Of a stretch of 64,000 nucleotides of DNA, positions 49,147 through 58,755 are shown in pieces. The stretch's first letter is position 1. The number at the start of each line of letters is the position of its first letter. The position numbers were made by a program, and so were the translations under genes. Below the pieces are notes generated by a model. It did no database searches, was not told the DNA's origin, and was given only the letters and a program-made list of their open reading frames with translations. Source of the stretch: Acidobacteriota bacterium (lineage in GTDB: Bacteria > Acidobacteriota > UBA6911 > RPQK01 > JAJDTT01); contig OZ242374.1 of NCBI GenBank assembly GCA_965209055.1, positions 3,072,001 to 3,136,000 on the forward strand, in the 5' to 3' direction.

Positions 49147-50484
49147 ATGTCGAATGCCCTGAGTCAGAGCGTCGAGCAGCTCAGCCGGGAAAAAGGCGTC
49201 GAATCCAAGGTCATTTACGAAGCCCTTGAGGACGCCATGGCCGCCGCCGCCAGGAAGCATTTCAGGACCGAGGAAGATCTGCAGGCGCGTTACGATCCGG
49301 TGACCGGCACCATCGAGGTGTTCGCCGTCAAGCGCATCGTTGAGGAAGTCGAAGAAGCAGAGACCGAGATGGCTCTGTCGGAGGCCTTGCAGTACGACGA
49401 GAGCTTCAAAGTGGGGGATTACCTGGAGATCCCCAAACCACCCTTGGAGCTGGGGCGAATCGCCGCCCAGACGGCCAAGCAGGTCATTTTCCAGAAAGTT
49501 CGGGAAGCGGAACGGGAGAACGTCTTCGAGGAGTATTCGGGCCAGATCGGACAGGTGGTCCACGGAATCGTGCGGCGCTACGAGGGGGGCAATATCGTGC
49601 TGGACATCGGCCGGACCGAGGCCGTGCTCCCGTACAACGAGCAGGCCCGCACCGAGGAGTATCGCCCGGGGGATCGGGTGCGAGCGGTCATCATCAAGGT
49701 TCACCGTCTCTCCAAGGGTCCCCAGATCGTCGTCTCCCGGGGCGATCCCAGCCTGTTGATCCGTTTGTTCGAGGCCGAGATTCCCGAAGTCTACGACCAC
49801 ACGGTCATCATCAAGAATGCGGTTCGGGAAGCGGGCGAACGCGCCAAGGTGGCGGTGTCGAGCCGGGACGACAACGTGGACCCGGTGGGAGCCTGCGTCG
49901 GCATGAGAGGCAGCCGGATCAACGCGGTGATCCGGGAGTTGCGGGGAGAGAAGATCGACATCATCCAATACTCGGACGACATCGTCGAGTACACCATCAA
50001 CGCCTTGAACCCCGCGCGAATCTCCAAGGTGCTGGTCCAGGACCCGCTGGACAAGGTTCTGGAAGTCATCGTCCCGGAGGATCAACTGTCTCTGGCCATC
50101 GGCAGAAAGGGACAGAATGTCCGCCTGGGTTCCAAGCTGCTGGGTTGGGAAATCAACATCAAGAGCGAGGAGGACAAGAAACGGGAGATCCTGGCTCAGA
50201 TGGAACAGCTGGCCGTACAGGCCGAACAGGCCGAACAGGCCGCGCGGGCGGGCCTGGAGGAGCTGGAGGGCCTGGGTGAAAAGACTCGGATTCGCCTCCA
50301 GGAAGCCGGTGTGCAAACCATTGAGGAACTTGCGAAGCGAACGGTCGAGGAATTGACGACCATTCCCATGATCGGCGAAAAGTCGGCCCTTAAGCTCCTT
50401 GCCCTGGCGGAGGCGTGGGTCCCCGACCAGGCGCAGGACGCGGTCGTGGAAACAGCCGGGGAAGTCGAGGCTGAGTTGGTCTGA
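49147..50484 (+). CDS. nusA: Transcription termination factor NusA
   Basis: GRIAAQTAKQVI, REAGERAKVAV, GACVGMRGSR and QLSLAIGRKGQNVRL. Confidence 0.97.
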   Translation: MSNALSQSVEQLSREKGVESKVIYEALEDAMAAAARKHFRTEEDLQARYDPVTGTIEVFAVKRIVEEVEEAETEMALSEALQYDESFKVGDYLEIPKPPLELGRIAAQTAKQVIFQKVREAERENVFEEYSGQIGQVVHGIVRRYEGGNIVLDIGRTEAVLPYNEQARTEEYRPGDRVRAVIIKVHRLSKGPQIVVSRGDPSLLIRLFEAEIPEVYDHTVIIKNAVREAGERAKVAVSSRDDNVDPVGACVGMRGSRINAVIRELRGEKIDIIQYSDDIVEYTINALNPARISKVLVQDPLDKVLEVIVPEDQLSLAIGRKGQNVRLGSKLLGWEINIKSEEDKKREILAQMEQLAVQAEQAEQAARAGLEELEGLGEKTRIRLQEAGVQTIEELAKRTVEELTTIPMIGEKSALKLLALAEAWVPDQAQDAVVETAGEVEAELV

Positions 50485-50572
50485 ACCATTGATATGATGG
50501 ACGTGCAAGCGGTTGTGGGCCGATGGAGTCCGCACCGGGGCATGTAAAGCGATAGGAAGCATCAAGACGGTT

Positions 50573-53065
50573 ATGGAACAGGTGAGAGTCAACGAACTGG
50601 CTTCCGAATTCGAGATGCGGAGTACGGCCGTCATCTCGGAGCTCAAGAAGATCGGGGTCTGGGTGCCTTCACCCGAAACTCCGGTGGACTTTGACATCGC
50701 CAATCGAATCCGCCGGCGCCTGCAGCTCGTCATCGACACGGCGCAGGAGGAGCAGGCCCGGTCCGTCAAGGCGAAGGTCAGGAAACGGCCGGCCGCCAAG
50801 CCTCGCAAGACCATCAAGCAGTTGGGACAGCCCAGGAAAGCCGCGTCGCCTGCGGCAGAGGCGATCGACAGCCCGTTCCTCATGGGATCGCTGAAGCCCA
50901 GAAAGGGGACAGGCAACTATCGGCGGGTCGTGACCGAGGCGCCGGAGGAGATCCTGGAGAAGACCGAGGTCACCATCGAAGACGAGCCCATCATCGAAAA
51001 GGTCGAGGCCCAGATTTCGGCGGAGCTTCTGGAACAGGCACAGCGAATGGTCCTTTCCACCCCGGCGCCGGTTACGTCCACCGGTCTTCCTCTGGTGCCG
51101 CCCGGTGGGGCCCCGCCAGTGGTTCCGCCACCGGTATCCGCGCCACCGCCGACGGAAGATGTGGTGGTGCCCACTCCTGAGGAAGCTCCCACTCCCGATC
51201 TGCCGGATGAGGCGGTCGAGGCCGCCACGGCTGCCGAAGCCGAGGCTCCCGCCGTCGAAGCCCCGGAGACGGAAGACCAGCCCGCCGAGATGGTGAAAGA
51301 GCCCGAGGGCCCCGCCGTGATCACGGTCAGCGATTCGGTGACCGTGAGGGAACTGAGCGAGAAGTTGGGGGTCAAGAGCAAGGTGCTCATCAAGGAGCTC
51401 TTCTCCCGGGGCGTGATGGCAACCATCAATCGGAGTCTGGACCGCGACACGATTCAGCAGTTGTGCGACATCTTCGAGATTCAGGTCGAGTTCGTCACCG
51501 AGCAGGAGGCCCTGGTCCAGGAGGAGCAAGTCGTCGAACGTCCGGAAGACGTTCGCGTGCGGGCCCCGGTCGTCACCGTCATGGGGCATGTCGACCACGG
51601 AAAGACGTCGCTCCTGGACGCCATTCGAGAATCCCGTGTGGCCGAATCCGAAGCCGGGGGCATCACGCAGCATATCGGCGCCTACCATGTCTCCGTCGAC
51701 GGCAGCAAGATCGTCTTTCTGGACACTCCGGGCCACGAAGCCTTCACCCTGATGCGGGCGCGCGGCGCCAAGGTGACCGACGTGGTGGTCCTGGTCGTCG
51801 CCGCGGACGATGGCGTCATGCCGCAGACTCTCGAGGCCATCGACCACGCCAAAGCCGCCGACGTTCCCATCGTGGTGGCCGTCAACAAGATGGACCGGCC
51901 CGACGCCAGGCCGGACCGGGTCAAGCAGCAGTTGGCGGACCGCGGACTCACTCCGGAGGACTGGGGCGGGGACACGGTCATGGTCGAGGTGTCCGCCTTG
52001 GTGCACACCAACCTGGACCTGTTGCTCGAGATGATCCTCCTGGTGGCGGATCTGACGGAGAGAACCGCCAATCCCCAGAAGCCGGCCGTGGCGGTGGTGC
52101 TGGAGGCTCAACTGGATCGGGGGCGAGGCCCGGTGGCGACGGCGCTGGTGCAGGACGGGACCCTCCGGGTGGGGGACTCCTTCGTGGTGGGCACGGCTTA
52201 CGGCAAGGTCCGCGCCATGTTCGACGACCGGGGACAGCCCGTCGTGGAGGCCGGACCCAGTTCTGCCGTCGAGGTCCTGGGACTGCAAGATCTTCCTCAG
52301 GCGGGAGACTCCTTCCAGGTTTTGGCAAGCGCCGCCAAAGCACGGGAAATCGCCCAGCAGAGGAGTCAGGAGCAGCGCCGGAAGGAACTGGCCAGATCGG
52401 GGCCTGTGGGTCTGGAACAGCTCTTCGCCCAAATGGGAAGCCAGGAAGTCAAGGAACTCGACTTGGTCATCAAGGCCGACGGGCGCGGATCGGTCGAGGT
52501 CCTGGAAGGATCGCTTCGAAAACTGAGCGGAGAGAAGGTCCGCATCAAGATCGTCCACAGCGGAGTCGGCGCCATTTCCGAGTCGGATGTCCTGCTGGCG
52601 GCCGCCTCCAATGCCCTGGTGGTGGGCTTCAACGTCCGTCCCGAACGCAACGCCCAGATGACCGCCGAGCGGGAGCAAGTCGAGCTTCGCATGTACACGG
52701 TCATCTACGAGCTGATCGAAGAAATTCAGCAGGCCATGCTCGGTCTTTTGGAACCCACCATTCGCGAGCGGTTGGTGGGCCGGGCGGAAGTGCGCGACAC
52801 TTTTCGCGTGGCCAAGTTCGGAACCATCGCCGGATGCTTCGTTCGGGACGGGTCGATTTCCCGCAACTCCCTGATTCGACTGGTTCGAGACGGCGCCGTC
52901 ATTCACGAAGGCCGGACCGCCTCGTTGCGGCGATTCAAGGAGGACGTCAACGAGGTCAGGAGCGGGTACGAGTGCGGCATCTCCATCGCCAACTACCAGG
53001 ACATCAAGGTCGGAGACGTGATCGAAGCCTTCGTGAAGGAAAAGGTCGCTCCCCAACTCGTTTAG
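50573..53065 (+). CDS. infB: Translation initiation factor IF-2
   Basis: [33 protein letters not shown] and SLRRFKEDV. Confidence 0.98.
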   Translation: MEQVRVNELASEFEMRSTAVISELKKIGVWVPSPETPVDFDIANRIRRRLQLVIDTAQEEQARSVKAKVRKRPAAKPRKTIKQLGQPRKAASPAAEAIDSPFLMGSLKPRKGTGNYRRVVTEAPEEILEKTEVTIEDEPIIEKVEAQISAELLEQAQRMVLSTPAPVTSTGLPLVPPGGAPPVVPPPVSAPPPTEDVVVPTPEEAPTPDLPDEAVEAATAAEAEAPAVEAPETEDQPAEMVKEPEGPAVITVSDSVTVRELSEKLGVKSKVLIKELFSRGVMATINRSLDRDTIQQLCDIFEIQVEFVTEQEALVQEEQVVERPEDVRVRAPVVTVMGHVDHGKTSLLDAIRESRVAESEAGGITQHIGAYHVSVDGSKIVFLDTPGHEAFTLMRARGAKVTDVVVLVVAADDGVMPQTLEAIDHAKAADVPIVVAVNKMDRPDARPDRVKQQLADRGLTPEDWGGDTVMVEVSALVHTNLDLLLEMILLVADLTERTANPQKPAVAVVLEAQLDRGRGPVATALVQDGTLRVGDSFVVGTAYGKVRAMFDDRGQPVVEAGPSSAVEVLGLQDLPQAGDSFQVLASAAKAREIAQQRSQEQRRKELARSGPVGLEQLFAQMGSQEVKELDLVIKADGRGSVEVLEGSLRKLSGEKVRIKIVHSGVGAISESDVLLAAASNALVVGFNVRPERNAQMTAEREQVELRMYTVIYELIEEIQQAMLGLLEPTIRERLVGRAEVRDTFRVAKFGTIAGCFVRDGSISRNSLIRLVRDGAVIHEGRTASLRRFKEDVNEVRSGYECGISIANYQDIKVGDVIEAFVKEKVAPQLV

Positions 53066-53099
53066 TCCGGTTTCTCCATAAACGCCCGCCTGTTCGCCG

Positions 53100-53390
53100 A
53101 TGCCCATCGTTTTCTGTTCCCTTGAAATCTACCTCCCCTACAGCCGGTCTCTGAAGGAGAAGCGCAACGTGGTCCGCAAGACCGCGGACCGCCTGCGTTC
53201 CCGGCTCAACTTCTCCGTGGCCGAGATCGATTACCAGAATCTGCACCGGAGGGCCCGGCTCGGAGCGGTCTCGGTGGGACCCGACCGGGTGACTCTGGAA
53301 CGCGTTTCCAATCGGCTCATCCGGGAGAGCGAGAAGATTCTGGGAGGGGATCTGGTGGACTACCACGTCGAAATCTTCGATCATGACTGA
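53100..53390 (+). CDS. DUF503 (YlxP-like) protein
   Basis: SLKEKRNVV and NFSVAEID.Q..H; canonical position after infB. Confidence 0.9.
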   Translation: MPIVFCSLEIYLPYSRSLKEKRNVVRKTADRLRSRLNFSVAEIDYQNLHRRARLGAVSVGPDRVTLERVSNRLIRESEKILGGDLVDYHVEIFDHD

Positions 53391-53470
53391 CGGCTCCTGG
53401 CCCGCGTTTCCACGAGATTCTCTCGCTCCCGCCCTTTTGGCCCCAGGGCCGTCTGTGCTAGATTTGGACG

Positions 53471-53779
53471 ATGATGCCTCGTAGAGCATCCGTGCACGCC
53501 GGACCCGCACGACGTGGCTCCGTCCGGCGCGCCTGGGTCGTCATCCTGACATTGGCAGTCACCGGTGCCGCAATCGCCGCGGCCATCTGCCACGAGGAGC
53601 ACGCATCCGGACACGACTGCACGGCCTGCCAGTTCCGGCATCAGCCCGCCGCCGAACTCTCCGGATCCTTGCAGATCGGTTTCTCGAACGTTTCGGCGCC
53701 GCTGAAGCACGCTGGCGACGGCGGATGGATCTCATCCGGTCATTCCCGCAGCCTCTCCGCCCGCGCACCCCCCGCCTAG
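53471..53779 (+). CDS. DUF2946-like (CruR/CutF-type) metal-binding leader protein with RAPP C-terminus
   Basis: Hydrophobic segment, then CHEEH..GHDCTAC, then C-terminal ARAPPA*. Confidence 0.75.
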   Translation: MMPRRASVHAGPARRGSVRRAWVVILTLAVTGAAIAAAICHEEHASGHDCTACQFRHQPAAELSGSLQIGFSNVSAPLKHAGDGGWISSGHSRSLSARAPPA

Positions 53780-54032
53780 TTCCCGTTACATGTTTAGTTC
53801 GCCTTTAGTACCGCCATCGCCGGCGATACCGCCCGATTCGGTGGTGCAGGCAAATGCGCCCCGTGCGACCGATGTGTTGCCCGGCGCCGCGCGGGCCCGC
53901 GACTTCCGGTACCGCCCAGGGGAACTCTTCCCCAGGTCCGGCGTCGGCGCACGTTCCATGAGGTTTCCATTCCCGGCGGCGGATCAGTGAACCGTTGGGA
54001 CTCAGGAAGGGGAATCCAAGAAGGAGAATCTG

Positions 54033-54233
54033 ATGAACCGATTGACAGCAACTGGCATTACAGAGACAGGGGACTGGCGAGCGCTCAACGACCGCCTCGT
54101 CGCCGCGCTCAAACCGTTCGCACCGCCGCTGGCTATCTCGTTCCACGGCGCCGGCGAGACGCTCGAGGCGACGGTCGGGCTCAACCGCGCGATGGCGCCC
54201 TGCGCCTCGGCGGACGCGAAACGGTTTGGATGA
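54033..54233 (+). pseudogene. Internally deleted DUF169-like gene
   Basis: Strong RBS AAGGAG; N-terminus DWRALNDRLVAALKPFAPPLAISF and C-terminus ADAKRF resemble the two ends of DUF169 proteins, but the ORF is only 66 aa. Confidence 0.45.
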
Positions 54234-54237
54234 GCCG

Positions 54238-55365
54238 ATGGCGAAAAAAGTCCGGTCATTCGACATTGTCATCGTTGGCGCCGGGGCCGCCGGTCTCGGT
54301 CTTGGTGTGACGTTACGCGACCTCGGAATCGAGAACTTTGTGATTCTCGACCGCTCCGCCATCGGCGCCTCATTCCTGCGTTGGCCCCGGCAAACGCGCT
54401 TCATCACGCCGTCGTTCAACAGCAACCAGTTCGGCAGCCTGGACCTGAATGCCATCTGTCTGTACACCTCGCCGGCTTACTCGGTTGGCGTCGAGCACCC
54501 CACGGGGGAGGAGTACGCCAGCTATCTGCGAGGGGTTGCGAGGCATTTTAACTTGCCCGTGGAGACCGGGATCGACGTTCGCTCGGTCGCGAGGAGACCT
54601 CGATCCAACGGGTTTTGGGTGAAGACGAGTCGCGGCGACGCCCGCGCGCGGTTCGTGGTCTGGGCGGGCGGCGAAATGCAGTACCCGCGGACCCATTGCT
54701 TCCACGGCTCCGAGCTTTGCCTGCATTACTCCAATGTGACCTCATTTGACGATCTCAAAGGCGCCGAGAGATGCATCATCGGCGGTTCCGAGAGCGGCAT
54801 CGACGCCGCCGTCGCGCTCGCCGCCGCCGGTCGACGAGCCGTCGTCTTCGACCGCGAAGAGCCGTGGAAGCGAACAGGGCCGGACCCCAGCGAACTCTTG
54901 TCGCCCTTTACGAAGACGCGTCTGAATTCGGTAATTGACTCGGGTCGGGTGACGTTGCGCGGAGGCTGTCCGGTCATCGGCGTCAGCCGCAAGGACAATG
55001 GCTATCGGTTGGCGCTCAAGGACGGCGACGTCGTCCACTGCGCCGAGAAGCCGATTCTGGCCTCCGGATTCGCCGGTTCGGCAAGCCTCGTTCGCTCGTT
55101 GTTCGATTGGCGGGATGATGGTTTCCCGTTGCTGACGGAAAACGATGAGTCCACCGTGGCGAAAGGGCTATTCCTGGTGGGGCCGCAGGTGCGCCAGGAC
55201 GATATCATCTTTTGTTTCATCTACAAGTTCCGCCAGCGCTTCGCCGTGGTGGCCAACCAGATCGCCCAACGCCTGCGGATCAGCGTGGAGCCGCTCGAGG
55301 AGTACCGCCAGCACGGAATGTACCTCGACGATCTATCGTGCTGCAGTGATGATTGCGCTTGTTGA
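54238..55365 (+). CDS. NAD(P)/FAD-dependent oxidoreductase (CzcO/YpdA-like) with Cys-rich tail
   Basis: VGAGAAG, FITPSF, IIGGSESG, FCFIYKFRQRF and C-terminal DDLSCCSDDCAC*. Confidence 0.88.
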   Translation: MAKKVRSFDIVIVGAGAAGLGLGVTLRDLGIENFVILDRSAIGASFLRWPRQTRFITPSFNSNQFGSLDLNAICLYTSPAYSVGVEHPTGEEYASYLRGVARHFNLPVETGIDVRSVARRPRSNGFWVKTSRGDARARFVVWAGGEMQYPRTHCFHGSELCLHYSNVTSFDDLKGAERCIIGGSESGIDAAVALAAAGRRAVVFDREEPWKRTGPDPSELLSPFTKTRLNSVIDSGRVTLRGGCPVIGVSRKDNGYRLALKDGDVVHCAEKPILASGFAGSASLVRSLFDWRDDGFPLLTENDESTVAKGLFLVGPQVRQDDIIFCFIYKFRQRFAVVANQIAQRLRISVEPLEEYRQHGMYLDDLSCCSDDCAC

Positions 55366-55377
55366 AGGAGCCGTGAA

Positions 55378-57006
55378 ATGCTCCGGACGTCACTTCGAAC
55401 TGTCGTTCTGTTGGGTAAAGAGAACGTCGGCAAGACGCAACTGGCCGCATCGCTGACGGGTGCGTCCAGCGCTGCCTCGAACTTCCGAGGCGCCAACGTC
55501 GGCTGCGACTCCTACCGAGTGGACGACTGGGAACTGATCGACACGCCCGGGCTGCTACGAAGCTCCGATGTTGAGACCACCCGGCTAGCCCTGGAGCGCC
55601 TGCGTGGCGATGATACCGTCCTACTGGTCGCCCAGGGAACCGAACTGGACGCAGACCTGGCCGACCTGATGCCGCTGGTAGCGGGTCGACTGGGCGCACT
55701 GGTCGTGACCCATCGGGACCGACTCGCCCGGCTGGAAGTGGAGGCGCGGCTGGGAGAGCTGGCGCGCCGGACGGGTTTGCCGGTGGTCTTCGTAGACGCT
55801 CGACGACTGGACCCCAACGACCGTCAAGGGCTGATGCAGGCGCTGGAAGCGCCCGGCACGATCCCCGCCGAAGCTGGTTTGAGCTTCCGCGATCTGATCG
55901 TCCGTCCGCGCCCTCTTTTCCTGGATCGCTCCGCCCTCGGGCCATTCTGGGCGCTGCTGCTGTTGTTGACTCCCGCCTGGGTCGCGGTGGATGCCGCTAG
56001 TCGTCTCGCGGACCGAATCGACCCCTGGGTTCGCGTCCCGACTGAACTGCTGGCCGGGTTGTTGGCGAGCTGGCCGCAGCCGCTTGCGGAGATCCTGGCC
56101 GGCGACTACGGCTTTGTCACGATGGGGCCGCTGCTGTTGGTGTGGGCGACTCCGCTGGTCGTGCTCCATGCGCTGCTGATGGGTGCGTACAAGGCGAGCG
56201 GCTTGCTTGATCGCCTGACAACCGCCATGAATCCGTGGCTGCGGCCGTTCGGCATGACGGGCCGGGAGTTGGCGCGCGTCGTGATGGGTTTCGGCTGCAA
56301 CGTGCCCGCCGTCATCAGCGCGCGCTCGTCGTCGGCTTGCTCGCGCGGCGTATGCGTCTCGGCCATCGCTTTCGGTTCGGCCTGTTCGTATCAGTTGGGA
56401 GCCACGCTGGCGGTCTTCGCCGCGGCGGGACGACCCGGGTTGATCGTATTCTACCTGCTCTATCTCGGCGTTACGACTCTCGCCTACTCCCGCCTCAGCG
56501 CACCTCCGGCGGCTCGTTCTCCCTTCAATGTGCTGTTGACGGAGGGCCGGGTATTCTTGACCTGGCCGCGCCCGCGCGCCGTCTGGCTTGAGGCGCAGGG
56601 CGTTGTTGGGGAGTTCTTTCGCAGGGCCTTGCCGATCTTCTTTCTGATCACAGCCGCAGCTTCTCTGTTGCATTGGCTGGGCGCGCTGCAAGCTGCGTCG
56701 GCCGTCGTCGAGCCGGCGATGGCCGCCTTTCGATTGCCCTCGGAGGCGGCCCTGGCGGTGGTTTTGGCGAGCGTGCGCAAGGACGGCATCCTGCTGCTGG
56801 CGGAGCCGGGCGTCGCCGCAAGCCTCAGCGCCGTCCAACTGTTGACGGCCGTCTACCTGGCCGGCGTGCTACTGCCTTGTCTGGTCACCTGTTTGACGAT
56901 TGCGCGCGAGCAGGGTCGCGGATTCGCGCTGCGGTTGGTGGGTCGGCAGGCTGTGGCAGCCACCGGGTTCAGCGCTTTGCTGGCGTGGGGCGGCGCATGG
57001 CTGTGA
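55378..57006 (+). CDS. FeoB-like GTPase plus Gate-domain membrane transporter (short subfamily)
   Basis: GKENVGKT, DTPG, MGFGCNVPA, GSACS, LLPCLVT..TI.RE and multiple TMs. Confidence 0.88.
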   Translation: MLRTSLRTVVLLGKENVGKTQLAASLTGASSAASNFRGANVGCDSYRVDDWELIDTPGLLRSSDVETTRLALERLRGDDTVLLVAQGTELDADLADLMPLVAGRLGALVVTHRDRLARLEVEARLGELARRTGLPVVFVDARRLDPNDRQGLMQALEAPGTIPAEAGLSFRDLIVRPRPLFLDRSALGPFWALLLLLTPAWVAVDAASRLADRIDPWVRVPTELLAGLLASWPQPLAEILAGDYGFVTMGPLLLVWATPLVVLHALLMGAYKASGLLDRLTTAMNPWLRPFGMTGRELARVVMGFGCNVPAVISARSSSACSRGVCVSAIAFGSACSYQLGATLAVFAAAGRPGLIVFYLLYLGVTTLAYSRLSAPPAARSPFNVLLTEGRVFLTWPRPRAVWLEAQGVVGEFFRRALPIFFLITAAASLLHWLGALQAASAVVEPAMAAFRLPSEAALAVVLASVRKDGILLLAEPGVAASLSAVQLLTAVYLAGVLLPCLVTCLTIAREQGRGFALRLVGRQAVAATGFSALLAWGGAWL

Positions 57007-57617
57007 GCCCGATCATCGGCGCCCACCGGCGCAAGGGGCAAAAACTGCTGCACCGGCAGTGCTGGAACTGGGGCCGGGACATCGAGCGTCCGGAAGGCAA
57101 CCTCCTGCTCGAAGCGGGCTTCCTCAAGAGACGGCCGCCCGAAGGAGCAGTAGGATCGAGCTGCTATACGCTCACGCTGTCCGACGGCGACATCCTCATG
57201 GTGTGGGGTTTCGGCCTCCTGTACGGAACGCTGCACAAGGGCGGCGTCTTCCTCAACCGCTACGAGTTTCACCCCCTATGGCTGCCGTTGGAGATGGTCC
57301 GGGAGCCCATTTGGAGGCCCGACATGATCCCGGCTGCACAGACGCCTCCGTCGCCCCGCGTACCGGTTGACTTGACCGTCGCCGCCATTCGGCGCATCGC
57401 GGACTATGAGGAGTGGGCGCTCGCGCGCTGCGGTCTGGAGTATCGTCGCGCCATTCTGCGCCAATGGAAACGGCCTTCCGAGCGACTGCCGCCGCAGACC
57501 GTTCCTCAGGCTTGGCGCTCGCTCGCCGATGCAATCGACGGCCAACCGCACCTGCATCCCCCGCGCCGACCTGTCCCAGCGGCAGACGGGCCGTCTTTCG
57601 GCGAGGTTCGGGACTAG
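57003..57617 (+). CDS. Hypothetical protein translationally coupled to the FeoB-like gene
   Basis: GTGA overlap with the upstream stop; Trp-rich QCWNWGRDI...GNLL..GF and VWGFG. Confidence 0.75.
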   Translation: MSPIIGAHRRKGQKLLHRQCWNWGRDIERPEGNLLLEAGFLKRRPPEGAVGSSCYTLTLSDGDILMVWGFGLLYGTLHKGGVFLNRYEFHPLWLPLEMVREPIWRPDMIPAAQTPPSPRVPVDLTVAAIRRIADYEEWALARCGLEYRRAILRQWKRPSERLPPQTVPQAWRSLADAIDGQPHLHPPRRPVPAADGPSFGEVRD

Positions 57618-57780
57618 GAGCCTGTCCGAGAACTCGGCGTTGACCGATCCGGCGTCGTTCGCAGCCTTCGCCTGCCAAGAGCTGGGCCTGTTTTGCCAAG
57701 GGCTGGTATGCTCTCCCCGCACTCCTGGTGCGGCGCACCGAACTCACGGATTCGGTGTGTCGCGACGCAGGCACGGCGCC

Positions 57781-58755
57781 ATGCTCGAGGAAATCGTCCG
57801 CTTCACCCGGGATCACCATCGCTTCGCCGTCACTTCTCACGCTCGCCCCGACGGGGATTCCATCGGGTCGGAGCTGGGATTGGGACTGGCCCTGGAAGCT
57901 CTTGGAAAGACGGTCACCATCGTCAACGCCGATCGCGTGCCGCGGGTCTACCGCTGGCTCCCAGGCGCCGAACGAATTCGGACCGTCGACCGGTTGGAAG
58001 GGAATTGGGACGCCGTCTACGTCCTGGAGTGCAACGACCTGAACCGCCCCGGGGTCCGGAACCTGGATCGCTATCCGGTGGTCAACATCGATCACCATGC
58101 CCGCACCGAACCGTTCGGGACCTTCAACTGGGTGGACTCGGGAGCCGCGGCCGTCGCCGAAATGGTGTACCGGCTCCTGTTGGAACTGGAGGTGGCCGTC
58201 ACGCCCGAAATCGCCACCAATCTCTATGTGGCGATTCTGACCGACACCGGCTCGTTTCGGTTTTCCAGCACTCACGCCGGGACCTTCCACACGGCTGCCC
58301 GCCTGACCGAAGCGGGGGCGGACCCGGGCTGGATCGCCCAGCAGGTCTACATGAACCAGCCGCGATCCCGGGTGGGTCTGCTGGTCAAGGTCCTGGACAC
58401 TTTGGAGATCCATCCCTCCGGGAGGATCGCGTCGATCTACCTGTCGCAATCCATGTTGGCCGAAGCCGGAGCCACCGAAGAGGACGCTGAGGGTCTCGTG
58501 AACTATGCCCTGGGTCTGGAGGGCATCCGGATGGCGGCCTTGGTCCGCCAGGGCAGGGACGGTCAGGTTCGGGTCAGCCTGCGTTCCAAGGGAGACTACG
58601 ACGTAGGGTTCGTGGCGTCCCGATTGGGTGGTGGAGGGCACCGAAATGCGGCCGGCCTGAGAATGGAGGGAGACACGGCCCATGTGGCCGCGGAAGTCCT
58701 GGGCCGCCTGGAGCAGCTCTTGGATCCGGTTGACCAGGGGTCCCCGGCATCTTGA
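57781..58755 (+). CDS. nrnA: DHH/DHHA1 nanoRNase / pAp phosphatase
   Basis: H.RPDGDS.GS, IDHH, TDTG.F, SLRS and GGGGH.NAAG. Confidence 0.93.
   Translation: MLEEIVRFTRDHHRFAVTSHARPDGDSIGSELGLGLALEALGKTVTIVNADRVPRVYRWLPGAERIRTVDRLEGNWDAVYVLECNDLNRPGVRNLDRYPVVNIDHHARTEPFGTFNWVDSGAAAVAEMVYRLLLELEVAVTPEIATNLYVAILTDTGSFRFSSTHAGTFHTAARLTEAGADPGWIAQQVYMNQPRSRVGLLVKVLDTLEIHPSGRIASIYLSQSMLAEAGATEEDAEGLVNYALGLEGIRMAALVRQGRDGQVRVSLRSKGDYDVGFVASRLGGGGHRNAAGLRMEGDTAHVAAEVLGRLEQLLDPVDQGSPAS

Noticed and set aside
50215-50242. Tandem GCCGAACAG repeat
   Set aside because: Coding AEQAEQ linker in NusA
51050-51310. Pro/Ala/Glu low-complexity stretch
   Set aside because: Ordinary variable N-terminal linker of IF-2
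53790-53990. 66-aa ORF after the RAPP leader
   Set aside because: No RBS or recognisable motif; probably non-coding or a remnant
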